A stretch of 63,767 bases of DNA, filler included, from Octopus bimaculoides (Eukaryota), in the NCBI RefSeq assembly GCF_001194135.2. It is 7 parts of 6 records of this genome, joined end to end, with 100 filler letters (N's around TTAATTAATTAA, not from the genome) between each part and the next. Parts side by side here need not be neighbours in the genome. Positions count along the whole stretch, not along the records: positions 1 to 21,395 come from NC_068982.1; positions 21,496 to 38,450 come from NC_068981.1; 5 more parts are not named here. One strand, 5' to 3'. The first letter of the stretch is position 1. Each line of letters begins with the position of its first letter. The notes beneath the pieces are model-generated. The model made no database searches. It was given only the letters and a program-made list of their open reading frames with translations, and was not told where the DNA came from. The translations under genes were made by a program, and so were the position numbers. Shown piece after piece: positions 12,459-26,052 of the stretch.

Positions 12459-12788
12459 GTAGAGCTGGACTTATGAGTCATCTTCGTAGTCATAAAGCAA
12501 GTCCGACGATTGACTACCAGGCCGCTGGTGATGATGCTACACCCCATACTAATCATGTCTGTCGGGCAAGTGGAAGGGAGTGTGATTCAGCAGGAGGACT
12601 TAAACGACACGCAAAGGTACATGGAACCCAATTACAACAACAGCCAGCTATTGCCAGTAAAGGTTTTGGATGCCAACTCTGTGCAAGACATTTTAGATCT
12701 TTGGCTGGGCTAAAAAGTCACATTCGATCACAGCACCGTTAAGGTAAGCTTCGTGCAATGACCATACTCGATAACGAGGGGGCAGCTA

Positions 12789-12828
<40 letters not shown>
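12459..12828 (+). mobile_element. 3' end of an RTE-clade LINE with C-terminal C2H2 zinc fingers and (CA)n tail
   Basis: RAGLMSHLRSH, CRASGRECDSAGGLKRHAKVH and CQLCARHFRSLAGLKSHIRSQH*, then a short 3' UTR and (CA)n. No TGEKP linkers. Confidence 0.7.
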
Positions 12829-12839
<11 letters not shown>

Positions 12840-12840
<1 letters not shown>

Positions 12841-13078
12841 GTGGATTTGGTAGACAGGAACTGAAAGAAGCCCGTCGTATATATATACATATATATATGT
12901 TTGTGTGTCGCTATTTGTTCCCCCACCATCACTTCACAATCGATGTTAGTGTTCTTATGTCCCCGGCAAAAAATATCGATAGACTAAGTACTAGGCTTAC
13001 AAAGAATAAGTCCTGGGGTCGAATTTTTTGACTAAATGTGGTGCTCCAGCATGGCCGCAGTTAAATGACTGAAACAGA
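12840..13078 (+). mobile_element. SINE family A, 5'-truncated
   Basis: GTGGATTTGGTAGACAGGAACTGAAAGAAGCCCGTCG...GGTGCTCCAGCATGGCCGCAGTTAAATGACTGAAAC. Confidence 0.85.
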
Positions 13079-13161
13079 TAACATAATACATACATAATAC
13101 AATACATAGATAAACAAATGGAATTAAATACTACATACGTTAACAAAATTTAATTAAACAC

Positions 13162-13194
<33 letters not shown>

Positions 13195-13786
13195 NNNNNN
13201 NNNNNNNNNNNNNNNNNNNNNNNNNNNNNNNNNNNNNNNNNNNNNNNNNNNNNNNNNNNNNNNNNNNNNNNNNNNNNNNNNNNNNNNNNNNNNNNNNNNN
13301 NNNNNNNNNNNNNNNNNNNNNNNNNNNNNNNNNNNNNNNNNNNNNNNNNNNNNNNNNNNNNNNNNNNNNNNNNNNNNNNNNNNNNNNNNNNNNNNNNNNN
13401 NNNNNNNNNNNNNNNNNNNNNNNNNNNNNNNNNNNNNNNNNNNNNNNNNNNNNNNNNNNNNNNNNNNNNNNNNNNNNNNNNNNNNNNNNNNNNNNNNNNN
13501 NNNNNNNNNNNNNNNNNNNNNNNNNNNNNNNNNNNNNNNNNNNNNNNNNNNNNNNNNNNNNNNNNNNNNNNNNNNNNNNNNNNNNNNNNNNNNNNNNNNN
13601 NNNNNNNNNNNNNNNNNNNNNNNNNNNNNNNNNNNNNNNNNNNNNNNNNNNNNNNNNNNNNNNNNNNNNNNNNNNNNNNNNNNNNNNNNNNNNNNNNNNN
13701 NNNNNNNNNNNNNNNNNNNNNNNNNNNNNNNNNNNNNNNNNNNNNNNNNNNNNNNNNNNNNNNNNNNNNNNNNNNNNNNNNNNNNN

Positions 13787-13870
<84 letters not shown>

Positions 13871-14349
13871 TTAGGTGGATAGATAGATAGATAGATAGAT
13901 AGACAGAAATATGTTTTTGTGTAAACACACATATAGATTAATGTGTGTAGGTGTGTATGTGTGCATCCGTGCGTGTGTGTTTGTGTGTGCGTGTGTGTGC
14001 GTGTGTCTACGTTTGTAAATATCATTTGATCTGAAACTTAGTATGTTTCTTGATAAGATCCTCTTTGATTTTGATGTAATATAATACCGGGAGCAGTGGT
14101 CGATTGTCCTGCCTAACTCTCTGATTAACAGCATGTTGTTACCTCCACAATTAAGTGTTACTTAGAGACACATCCGCAGTCTAGATACGTTTCTGCAAGA
14201 GTCCATGTGATTAATTTCAGTGGTGATCCTTATCGTTACAACATCCGGAAATTTAGGTAGAACATGCTACACACTAAAACAGCTCTATTTTGTTTTCAGA
14301 CCAGCGTTGCACATGTTACTTTCTCAGAAAATAGTCTCAATAACAAGCC

Positions 14350-14790
14350 AATAAGGCGGGGAGATGGCAGAATCGTTACAACACCGAGAAAAATACTACA
14401 GATAATTGTGTTCAAGATCTGCCGACATTACTTTCATCATTAAAGGGTCGATAAAGTAAGTACCATTTGAACGCTGCGATCGACTTACCTCCTTCCTCTG
14501 CATCTTCTTGCCTTATGTCAAGATTTAAAACCAATAATGAGCTAATGCCTGCAGGAAATATATGCTAATAGGATATAAATGTGTAATACATTTATGAGGA
14601 AGCGGGCGGTAAGTTGAAATAATCGTTAGGAAGTCGGACGAATTGCTTATCGGCCTTTCATATGTCTTTACGTTCTGAGTTCAAATTCTACGGAGGTCAA
14701 CTTTGCTTTTCATTCTTGCGGAGGCTCGGTGTATTCGACTGATCCACTCCACCGAAATTGCTGTCCTTGTATCAAACAATATATTTATTA
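14350..14790 (+). mobile_element. Two degenerate SINE family B copies
   Basis: AAGGCGGGGAGATGGCAGAATCGTTA head at ~14353. The second copy carries ACGTTCTGAGTTCAAATTCTACGGAGGTCAACTTTGC. Confidence 0.7.
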
Positions 14791-15294
14791 GGAAACCTTG
14801 TAGGGAATGGTTAAATTTATTGCTTTTTGCAAATTGTATTTCGATAATTAACGAAACAAGAGGTACACATTCTAATGGTACACAGCCTATCGATTGTATG
14901 TAGCAGCAATTCTGAACGTATTAAATAGCTGTCTGTTTCAGCTAAGTTTGAAAATCAAAAATACCAATAAAATTTACCTTGTTTCGTTTCACGATTAGAT
15001 TATTATCGCTTAGACAAAGGTTAACTAATACGGCTTCAAAAAACGATTGCTAATAAGGATAGTGCCACTGTCAGCAAATCTCTTCTTTCAAGGTGGAGTT
15101 GGAATATAATATATTCCAATTCCATTATCCTATAATGGATGAACTATTTTCCACCAAATAGCACATTAATCAACAAATATTAAATCAAATTGAATCTTCT
15201 CTATTATTATTCCATTAATCTCCGACATTTTCCCTTTCAGTTTCGGTTGCAATTATGTTAGAAATCTATGTGCAATGATTTCACAGACAATTAT

Positions 15295-15715
15295 AATATT
15301 GGTTTCACGTTTATGAAACAAAGCTAGCAATTTTGGCGGAAGGGGTAAGTCGATTACATCGACCCCAGTGCCCAACTGGTATTTATCTTATCAGCCCTGA
15401 AAGGATGAAAAGTAAAGTCGACCTCAGCAGAATTTGAACTCCGGAGCAGTAACGATTCTGTCAACTTGCCACTTTATCTAGAATCGTAATATCGGTCTCA
15501 CAATTTTGGCACAAGACCAGCAACGTCGGTGAGGAAATAAGTCCATTGCATCGGACCCAGTACATTACTGATATATAGTTCATCGACTTTGAAAGGCTGA
15601 AAAGCAAAATCGACTTCAGCGAATTGAACTCAGAACGCAAATACAGACGGAATGCTGCTCAGCGTTTCATACGGCGTGCTTAATGATTCAGAGAGCTCAC
15701 GGCCCTGTCGAGAAA
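15295..15715 (-). mobile_element. Tandem SINE family B copies
   Basis: Repeated GGATGAAAAGTAAAGTCGACCTCAGCAGAATTTGAACTC / GCAAAATCGACTTCAGCGAATTGAACTCAGAACG. Confidence 0.75.
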
Positions 15716-16263
15716 TGTTGTATTAAAGATACAAATGAAACTGAAGCTATAATCGACTGAGCGTACTTTATCATCCTGAATTTTCGTCTGCTCTAGTCGA
15801 CCTTCATTGCTTTCAATCTTTCAAAACAGGAAGCTGAGTCAGAATGAGCAACCACTTTAAAAATAATGGAAAGTGGAAATACTTGTTTTTGCATAAATCT
15901 CAAAAGGTTTAGAAACAAGTTAAATGCGAAATGTCTAGTAATTTATCGTTCTCGCTATAACAAAAAGACAGAAACATTATATATAATTATATTCAATATA
16001 AGTGCGATCAATTCTAAACTGCATACTGGAAGAAGACAAAAGAGCTGCAGCAACTATCCAGTACTAATCTCGAATCCTCATCAAATAGCGTGTTTTAATA
16101 TATAATTGAAGCAGAAGAAATGTTACTATTTATATCCACGTTAGATTATTTATTCATACGTTCAGATACGCTTAGGTCGATAAACAATAATTTGGGTGAA
16201 AACCGAAGCAACAGAGCGAGTATATGCATGCGCATATACATAATACATGTGCGTATGTAAAGA

Positions 16264-16308
<45 letters not shown>

Positions 16309-16359
16309 TATATATACCCACACATATATGCATATATATACACATGAATNNNNNNNNNN

Positions 16360-16403
<44 letters not shown>

Positions 16404-18414
16404 AGTGTATACAAACATACATATATACATACATACGTACATATATATATGTGTGTGTGTACATATTATATAAATATATGCGCTTAGTACACAGGCACAC
16501 ATGTCAGTGCGTATGTGTGTGTAACTGAAAGTCTTTCGTTTGACAAATGATTTGATCCGTGATTGCATGTGGATTTAAGCATAATTGCATTGTGGTATAT
16601 AAATTCACTGTAACCATACGAAAACAAAAGAATCAATAATGCATTTTGACTAAAGGTTTCGTGACATCAGTTAATTTCCTCTCACCTAATTTCAAATACC
16701 ATCTAAATCGATGTTTCTATTCATTATTTCAATGTTGTTCATTGAAATGTTGAGCTCGGTAAAATAGTAGTCTTAAGCATTGTATCGAAAGTAATTCTTG
16801 TCATACATTTTAACTATCATGTATATATATCATATATTTTAACAATCCGAGTAATTCCGCGTGCATGTAAAATCTTATACTGTTAATTCAGTATGTATGT
16901 TGAACGTTCATATTTCGGGATGAGATGTACGCAAATATATGAATGTTCTTGTCGTTATCATTTAACCACCGACCAGCCTTGTTCGAGTAGACATTACAAA
17001 AATGTCTTCTTGCAGGGTCTATACATTCTCTTCTTTTTTTTTATTTGTAAATCCTTGATTTGCAGTGTCTAATATATCTTTGCTTTTTAATCTAATTGAG
17101 AATGCCTCGAAAGACTATTTTTTGCTTCCATGTATAGCAGATTACTATATAAAAGTTCTCTCATTGTTACATCGCTTTTATTTTCTAAAGGAAATGATCA
17201 AGGAATGGTTTCCGGCTTTTATATTAATAATGAATCACATCTCATTATTTTACCTATCACTAATCATTTCCGATTCAGATCGGAAACGCCATTGCTCAGC
17301 TGTTGTAACACGATTTTGGTTTCTCTCTCTCAAACTACATTGACTAAACCATTTTTTCTTTTTTTTTTTCTTTTTCAGATCTTGAGAAAAACCGAAACTT
17401 ATCTGGAAATGTCACCACACATCACAAAAATCAAACCACATTTCCTCTGCTAGCTGTATTTTATTCTTAAACATTTCAAATCATTGAGATCTTTCTTTTG
17501 ATAATAGTGAACCATTTCATGATACAATTTACTAAAGATATATTTGCGACATTTTACATTCAATGTTCTTTCCAGACGGCAAGTAAGGCATTGGTATTTA
17601 CTAAGTTTACACACTTGTTAATATTCTCAAAAAAAAAAAATTGTAAAATCTTTCTAAAAATATCTTCAACTGAATTAGATTCTTAACCAGCAGAAATATT
17701 TGAGAGAAATTCTATCTACAACAATGCGGATATTTTGTATCACATTTCATCAGACATATATTTTAATTTTGGAAAATATTTCACAGAACTATCTCATTAT
17801 TAGATATGTATGGTTCTGCATTTGTACAATAACTGCCCTCTACTTACCAAGAGAATAACATTTTAAGGGGAATATGTTTGTTTTATTCACTGATATCTGA
17901 AACACGATAGTTTATCGATATAGAGGAGAACCCATACCACAAAAGCGCAGGAAAGTATCTTATAGAAGTTAGAAGATACATTTTCATAGCATTTTTCTTT
18001 AATCTTTTTCCCGTCATCTATACATATATTGTTTTCATTTAATTATTTGAAAATTTGTAAAACAACAAATTGTGAGTAGAAATGGAGAGCGTATTCAAGA
18101 TATATTACTGCATTCGTGTGATGGACTTTTATAATTATGAGAATCATTAGAACACTCAACCAACGCGATCTAATAACATATCCAAGTGCACACAATGCCT
18201 CTACACGTGAAAGTTTAATAAAAAGTCACAAAATATTATTTATTATGTCAAATTTCAACAAATGAACGTGAAGAGTTATCAAATTTTGTCTTTAGATATT
18301 GAAAGCGAAATCAAATTGTGATTTATTTTTTAACTGCAATGTTGCTCAGAACCTCCTATTTCTGTTTCCGTTCAAATTTTAAAGGAAATCTAAAACATTA
18401 AGACATTAAAATAG

Positions 18415-19050
18415 TTGTCTTTGTTGTTGTTGTTGCGTATCCTAGGACATCCCTCACCAAGTATATCATCCACTGTACAACCGTGTTATATCCAGTTTAT
18501 TTTATACAATCTTATTTTCGTTAGTGACTGGAAGACCTTTGATGATGAAAAGCGTTTCTGCCGTAACCATCCAGTGATTTTCTATAGACCGTAAGGGTGC
18601 GAATTGAGGTAGATTTCGCAGAGTTTTCTCTGAGGTGGAGTGATTATAAAGTGATGCCCTAATGGCTGAAATGTAAGATTATAGTTTATACTAGTCATAA
18701 CGGAAGGGGCTCGGTAGATTCGTTCATAGTGTAACGACTATATTTATCATTATCGTTATGACTTTGCCTTCTGCTGGATTTACGTCTTTGAAATGTTCTC
18801 TTAAAATTTATATAAACCATATCCATTGGTTACGTATTGGTAAACTGCAATCAATTTATCCATACCAAAACACGTTCGCTTATATCAGCTCCAGCATTTC
18901 AAATAAGTATCAAGAACTGTTTCATGAATATCCTTGGCATCGTATAGGCGATAAACTGACATATGGACTGTTTGAGCTTTCATCATTACAATGTACTACA
19001 AAATATATCTATAGATTCCTGGCCAACACTGTATGTTACGACGATTGTCA
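18415..19050 (-). mobile_element. Decayed RTE-like LINE 3' end with (CAA)n tail
   Basis: Minus strand ends in (CAA)n after QFAPLRSIENHWMVTAETLF, which loosely resembles RTE C-termini. Heavily degenerate. Confidence 0.35.
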
Positions 19051-19772
19051 ATAACACGTATCTGCGTGGAGAGAAAAGTGGTAGAAGTTATACACGCGAT
19101 TTAATTCATATTTGAGTAGTTATCAGTAACCGTATACTGTTCTCGATTATCTATAAACACACTGTTTATAAACCCCCGTATATCAGGGGTCAACGTAAGC
19201 TGGCTAAATCACTTTGCATATGGAATTGTTGTTATGTTCACAGTGTTTGTTTTCATTGACATATGAAATAAGAGAACGTAAATATAGACCTTTTAGTTAA
19301 CAATGTGTTTTAAGGAAGAGTGTAAACAATTCGCCTGTAAAGTGCAAAGGTGAAACGACTGCACTTTTCAGTTCTTGATGGAATTGTGATTAACAGATGC
19401 GAACATTTTCACCTATATTATACATATATATATACATACATATATATACGTATATATATATACATATATATATACATACATATATATACATATATATATA
19501 TACATACATATACATATATATATATATAAATACATACATATATATACATATATATATATACATATATATATACATACATATATATNNNNNNNNNNNNNNN
19601 NNNNNNNNNNNNNNNNNNNNNNNNNNNNNNNNNNNNNNNNNNNNNNNNNNNNNNNNNNNNNNNNNNNNNNNNNNNNNNNNNNNNNNNNNNNNNNNNNNNN
19701 NNNNNNNNNNNNNNNNNNNNNNNNNNNNNNNNNNNNNNNNNNNNNNNNNNNNNNNNNNNNNNNNNNNNNNNN

Positions 19773-20078
19773 CTTCAATGCCCTGCCAAAACATTTGAGA
19801 GACATACAAGACATGGATGCGCAGGTCTTCAAGACAAAGCTTGACGCTTTCCTCTCCACGATACCAGACGAACGAATGGCTCGTAATGAGACGCAGTTTA
19901 GGACAGCGATGTCAAATTCTCTTATACACCAGATGTGCCATCAAAACTCTTGATTGGACCATATCAGGTGAGGGAGAAGAGCCATGCAAGGAACGTGAAG
20001 AGAGCACAGCATAAAGACGGAAAATCACGGTGGTGCACCACCATGACCGCAGCCACTTGGCTGAAACCCATAAATAAA
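19773..20078 (+). mobile_element. CR1-like LINE 3' end, copy 1
   Basis: FNALPKHLRDIQDMDAQVFKTKLDAFLSTIPDE...AMSNSLIHQ* (CR1-type C-terminus), then a 3' UTR ending CAGCCACTTGGCTGAAAC and (ATAA)n. Confidence 0.75.
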
Positions 20079-20392
20079 TTTTTAAAAATAAATAAATAAG
20101 CTACTTACCACACAGCCACTCCTGCGCCTATGTTTATTTCATTGTACGAATATAATTTGTATTGCGTACACGTATAACAATCGTAACTCGATCTCATCTA
20201 CAAAATATGTAATTGGAAACTGTTTATTGAAATCAGATGAATCAGAATGGAAAATGGTAAAGTTCGGGTAAGACTGGTGGAGATTTTCGAATTAAAAGAG
20301 TATGCGACAGAGAAAACATAATGAATATGGTGAAAAACGATCATTTTTCGATGACCCCCATGATTATATCAATAATATCGTGGCGTTATTAA

Positions 20393-20617
20393 TATCGGTT
20401 TCAAGTTGTTACACAAAGCCAGCAATTTTCGTTTAGCTTGTCAGTCTATTGCATTAAACACCAGAGTCCCAAATTGTACTTATTTTATCGACCCGAAAGG
20501 ATAAACAGCAATGTCGACCTCGGCGCAATTTGAACATAGAACGTAAAAAGAAAAAGACGAAATGCCGCTAGCCTTTTTTGTCAAGAATCCTAACGATTTT
20601 GTCAGCTCGTCGCCTTG
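20393..20617 (-). mobile_element. SINE family B
   Basis: TGTCGACCTCGGCGCAATTTGAACATAGAACGT...GTCAGCTCGTCGCCTT. Confidence 0.75.
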
Positions 20618-20690
20618 GCAACCTCCATACCAATATCAATAATATTACGGTGTGTTATTGATATCGCCGTCATCTCAAATCAGGTTCTAG

Positions 20691-20816
20691 ATCATCATCA
20701 GCAGCAGCAGCAGCATCATCAGCAGCAGTAGTAGCAGCAGCAACAGCAGCAGAAACAACTGCAGCATCATAAGAACTACGACAAACATCAACAACATCAA
20801 CAATATCAACAACATT
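20691..20816. repeat. Compound (CAT/CAG/CAA)n repeat
   Basis: Directly visible triplet runs; the polyQ frame contains a TAG stop. Confidence 0.9.
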
Positions 20817-21364
20817 AATAAAACTCCATGTTTAACATATCTATTTCCAATAAAATACATACGCGACACAGTAACATTTTGGTGCCACAGAAAATTTGGG
20901 CGGCACAGAAACAGTGGTATCATACACATGTGTATATAAGTGTATGTATACTCATACACACACACACACACACACACTTATATAATTCATTGTTGATATT
21001 TTCTTAAGCACATATAAATTTTATTTATACATTCGGAATATTTAAATATATTTTCTTATATATGTCCCATTTCAATTCATATAGAGATGATAATTGTTAT
21101 GCCATTATAATATACAGGTGGTAAATCGATATTATATTGACAAAATACCTAGCTATATTGCAGCTTAGAATAATGTTTGTAATATATTATCAGATAGATG
21201 CTGCAATTCACAAAAATATTTATGTCAATGTACAATGCAGAATAGATTAAATTTTTCATTTCATATTGTTTTGCAATAATGCACGGGTTGCAATAAAAGA
21301 GTTTATTTACATTTCATTGTTTTATGCATTTTGTGTCATCCATCAATAATTATACTTATTACGT

Positions 21365-21395
<31 letters not shown>

Positions 21396-21495
21396 NNNNN
21401 NNNNNNNNNNNNNNNNNNNNNNNNNNNNNNNNNNNNNNNTTAATTAATTAANNNNNNNNNNNNNNNNNNNNNNNNNNNNNNNNNNNNNNNNNNNN

Positions 21496-21750
21496 AGACA
21501 TGCAAGACATGGATGCGGAGGTCTTCAAGACAAAACTTGACGCTTTCCTCTCCACGATACCAGACGAACCAATGGCTCGTAATGAGACGCAGTTTAGGGC
21601 AGCTGTGTCAAATTCTCTTATACACCAGATGTGCCATCAAAACTCTTGATTGGACCATGTCAGGTGGGGGAGAAGAGCCATGCAAGGAACGTGAAAATCA
21701 CGGTGGTGCACCAGCATGACCGCAGCCACTTGGCTGAAACACATAAATAA
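21496..21750 (+). mobile_element. CR1-like LINE 3' end, copy 2
   Basis: Highly similar to 19805-20078, with scattered substitutions and a ~20-nt deletion in the 3' UTR. Confidence 0.75.
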
Positions 21751-21922
21751 AAAAATAAAAAAATACATATATACATATATATATATATATTTATATACAT
21801 ATATGTATATATAATACACATATATATACATATGTATGTATATATATATGTATATATATATACATATATATGTATATATATATGTATATATATGCATGCA
21901 CATGCACACACACGCACCCCCC

Positions 21923-21959
<37 letters not shown>

Positions 21960-22594
21960 CAAAATATGGGGTTTAGTTCACAGGTGATATAAAAGATTAG
22001 GTACGCTATGTACGTGATGTAACGGCATACTAGTGCTCCGAGGTTGTAGCCGAGACTGCTATTTGAAGTCGTTGCATATTTCCGACATAGTGGATATATG
22101 ATAGTTAAAGAAGACAATAAACGTTAAAGCAAGGCAAACATCTCAAGTCCTCTACATTTTTATAAGTGGAAAAAATTCAAAGTCGTACAGCTGTTTCTGG
22201 GAGATCCAATAGCAATGGATATAAACGTCAACGCAGACATAGGAGAAGGGTACTGGGTAATGAATTGACGATAGACAGGCCTGGAGTAAAGGAATAAGGG
22301 GATGAAGAAAGAGAGGAGTGAAGAAGCATAACAATTATATATATATATATATATGTGTATATATANNNNNNNNNNNNNNNNNNNNNNNNNNNNNNNNNNN
22401 NNNNNNNNNNATTTATATATATATATATGTAGGTATATATATGTGTGTGTGTATATATGTGTGTATATATATATATATGTATGTATTAACATATATGAAT
22501 ATATATGTATATATACATATATGTATATATATATATATATGAATATATATACATATATATATAAGTGTGTCGGTATACAAAATTAAAAAAAAAA

Positions 22595-23390
22595 CGGAAA
22601 ACGATTATGTATCGATATATATTCCGACGACTTGAAGATGACAGTAATATCGACGTGAAGTTCATCCTTTCTTTGAATGCTGACAGTTATGTCGTATCAC
22701 ACTTTGAAGGCTATGAGTTTGCAATTCGAGGACAGATGATTAATACAAAATACCTAATTAACAAAATAGCCAGTAAAGTCCTTGGATTCCCAACATGTAA
22801 CCGACAATGTCAATTATGCCACATTTCAGTGTAAGATATCACACATGTAATGAGCAGCTGTCACAAATTGTCAAATTACTACCCCTCTTTGCGACGCGAC
22901 GTTGTCTCAAGGACATTATGCAATGCCAACCGAAGAATGAGTATCCTGAGACAAATGGAAAGAAATTCCTGCCTTTGAATACATATATAAGTATCAACTC
23001 AAGGAATATTAGTGGAACATTTCCTTTAATACTCCTACCAAGTGCAAAACTAACAGGTCGAGTAGCGTTGTCTGTAACATTAGACAAAGCAGTTGTCTCG
23101 TGATGTGTACTCACAGAGAAAGGGAACAACTACAGAAAACTGCTTCGAAATCTTCAGGTTCTATATTAAGATTATAAATTCACGTCTATGGATATTTTAT
23201 GAGTGAATGCGTTAGTGACACTCTGTTTATATGTACATTACAAATACAATTGTAAGCGGGACAAAAAAGATATGCAAAACTTTTCTCGAGTCCAAAATTT
23301 AAATTTGTTTTCGTTATCGATTTTCCAATGATGGGATTTTGTATCTTTGTTAGAAAACAGACCCTTCCTTATAAGAAGACTTCAAATAAT
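22595..23390 (+). mobile_element. Decayed R4/Dong-clade LINE 3' region (same family as 45066-46812)
   Basis: SHFEGYEFAIRGQMINTKYL...CNRQCQLCHISV (CCHC region). 3' UTR GATGGGATTTTGTATCTTTGTTAGAAA matches 46693-46719. Confidence 0.75.
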
Positions 23391-25088
23391 TTAAAACAGA
23401 GCACACACATATTACCTGTACACTTTAAAAAATGCAGTAACGAACACAACTTTATACTGAAAGTGTAATATATTTACGGAAACTGAAAAAAATGATGAGA
23501 ATTACTATGTACAACGGCTTCCAAATCTGTTGTAATATGGTATTAATTATAAAATATTGTATATGTAATTGGAATTAAGGAAATGACAGGTACCAGAGTA
23601 GGTAGGGAAGAAATTAGTAAAATTCAAGAAAGAAGTGCGTAGGATAAACCGGGGAGGTTGAACTAAAGTGGTACTTTTTAAAAGAAACAAATGAAAAAAA
23701 TTAAATAAATGGCAAGTGTGCTGCCTCCGTAAAAGGAAAATTGTCATCATATTATTCGGAAAAAAATGGAAAGGAGAAATCACTATTTTCTCTTATGTGT
23801 TTTATGCTGGGATAAACAGTTAAACATATTTAAGGATATTCAACTTCCTTACGCACACAAGATGGCAAGTTTGAATAGCAGTCAGGAAATTGGAGATCGG
23901 AAAATTATATTGCTAAACATTCATAAATACAAAACATACAACCTATTGGTATGGTTGGTATAAGTTTTGGTACAGCACATAATTTTCTTTGTGATGAATT
24001 AGGTTTCTTCATAGACAAACTTAAGTCAGCGCCTCTATGTTGACCGTAAACAAGTTTAAAGTTGCTGATTGTAAGATAATTTCGCGGAATTCTAAGATAA
24101 ACCGATGAATGATTTAGAAAGCGTTGGTTTCTGTTGTAGTGTAGTAAATAATCCCCTTAAAATAGATTTATTATCAAAATGTGCATTCATTCGATAGATA
24201 CAGTTGCTTGTTTGTCAGTGTCTGGCTGATAAAGAGGTGCTAAGTCTGATACAATCCGTGCTAGATAAAACTGTGTAAAAATAACTGCAGAGAGTTTGAT
24301 AGATTGTTAAACATTTCATAGTATGTAGAGTGATGAGAGGAAACAGTTTTTAGAGGTTTAAAGATTTGGTCTACATGAGTAGGAAATTGGTTAAATAGAG
24401 CGTTGAAATGGGTGGTGTTAGCTTTTCTGATTATGTGACTCATGAGATGGTGAGTTGTAGAACAGTTTATTGTTATCCCATTTATGTTAAATACAATGTA
24501 AATTTAACAATATTGCCAATTTTTGACGTCACTTTAATCCGACAAAGCAAAAGGTCTGTTGAACTATTCTACAAACACACATAGACATTCTAAAGATTCA
24601 AAATGTATATTACGCCATTGAGTTAAAAATATTTCCATCCTTCTTTTACAAATATTATTTATCGAATTCTCCAATAGAAAACCACTTAACCGTCACTGAC
24701 AAATGGGTACGAACTAGTGAATTTGGCATGCTTGCGCTAATTGTTTTAGACACCTGTGCAATTGCAAACAGACTGAAACATCCTCTCAAGCTTCGATCCT
24801 TGGCTCATTTAAATATCGAACATATAATCATTGGTTGGAGGGAGTACGAAATATTGGCTTGCACACATTTATTATGCCTCAGTAGACTGGAACAGACGTG
24901 CTTCGTGCACGTTCGCAAAGCTCTACCTGGTCCAGAAATTGAAATCATGACCTTTTAAAACTCTTGGCTACTAGTCTTAATTTTCCAAGAAAGATACGAT
25001 GCGTAGAAATAAACAAAAGATCCCACGTACGATTTCTCATGGGGCAATATCTTGAAGAGTGTATTGAAACAGATACACGGGAGTAATA

Positions 25089-25090
<2 letters not shown>

Positions 25091-25180
<90 letters not shown>
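25091..25180. repeat. (GA)n microsatellite
   Basis: About 44 GA units. Confidence 0.97.
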
Positions 25181-25185
<5 letters not shown>

Positions 25186-25683
25186 ATGTGAGAGAAAGAA
25201 GAACTGAACACTGTACCAACATGCTGAACGAATACACACACTTAGCCTTTTTTGTGATGGTAATGGGGTGATACTAATAGTATGAGCTTTAGTTGTCATA
25301 GAGGCGGAGGTGGCGGTGATGATGGTGGCCGTGGTAGTAGCCGAGGCGGTCAGGGATAACGGTGAGAGTAAGCGATGTGAAAGACAGTGGTGATGGTGGT
25401 GTAGTGGAAACCGGGCAAAGTCAAAGGTTTTGATGTTGGTGGCGTCAGAAGTCAGAATGGTGTGTATGGTAGTGGCGATGGAGGTGGTACTGTTGTTTAT
25501 CATGCTGCTTAGCAATAAGTTCCAAGTCGACAAATTATATCATTGTTTTGATGAAAATTGTTCATTGCTTGAAAAACATTGCCCAAGTTTAATACAATTT
25601 AATATGCACTCAATGCTTGGAGTGTCATTGTTGGGCCCAAGGCCTAATGAAGAGCCCTCCACAGGAGGTAGCTTAAAAGCCTA

Positions 25684-25721
<38 letters not shown>

Positions 25722-25722
<1 letters not shown>

Positions 25723-26052
25723 TGTGCCTGTGTGGTAAGTAGTTTGCTTTCAAACCACGTGATTTGAGAGTGGATTTCTTGGACGGTAACTGAAAGAAGC
25801 CTGTCGTATTCACTCCCACTCCCACACATGAATATGTGTGTGTGTTTTGGGATTTGTATTTGTCCCCCACCATCAGTTAACAACTGGTGTCTTGGTTTGT
25901 TTATATCGCCATAAACTAGCGGTTCAGCTAAAGGGACCAACAAGTAAAGACAAGATTTAAATAATAAGTACTGGGCCCGATTTTTTCGACTAAATCCTTC
26001 AAGGTTGTGCCCCAGCACGTCTGCTGTCCAGTGACTGAAACAAGTAAAAGAT
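25722..26052 (+). mobile_element. SINE family A, internally deleted
   Basis: Head TGTGTGGTAAGTAGTTTGC, core GGTAACTGAAAGAAGCCTGTCG, tail GACTGAAACAAGTAAAAG. Confidence 0.8.

Noticed and set aside
20691-20816. PolyQ/H-like coding exon
   Set aside because: In-frame TAG stops, no splice context; simple repeat.
21440-21451. TTAATTAATTAA islands inside N runs (also 38495, 43452, 52429, 59232, 62621)
   Set aside because: Identical 12-mer centred in fixed-size gaps and giving stops in all six frames; an assembly pad, not genomic sequence.
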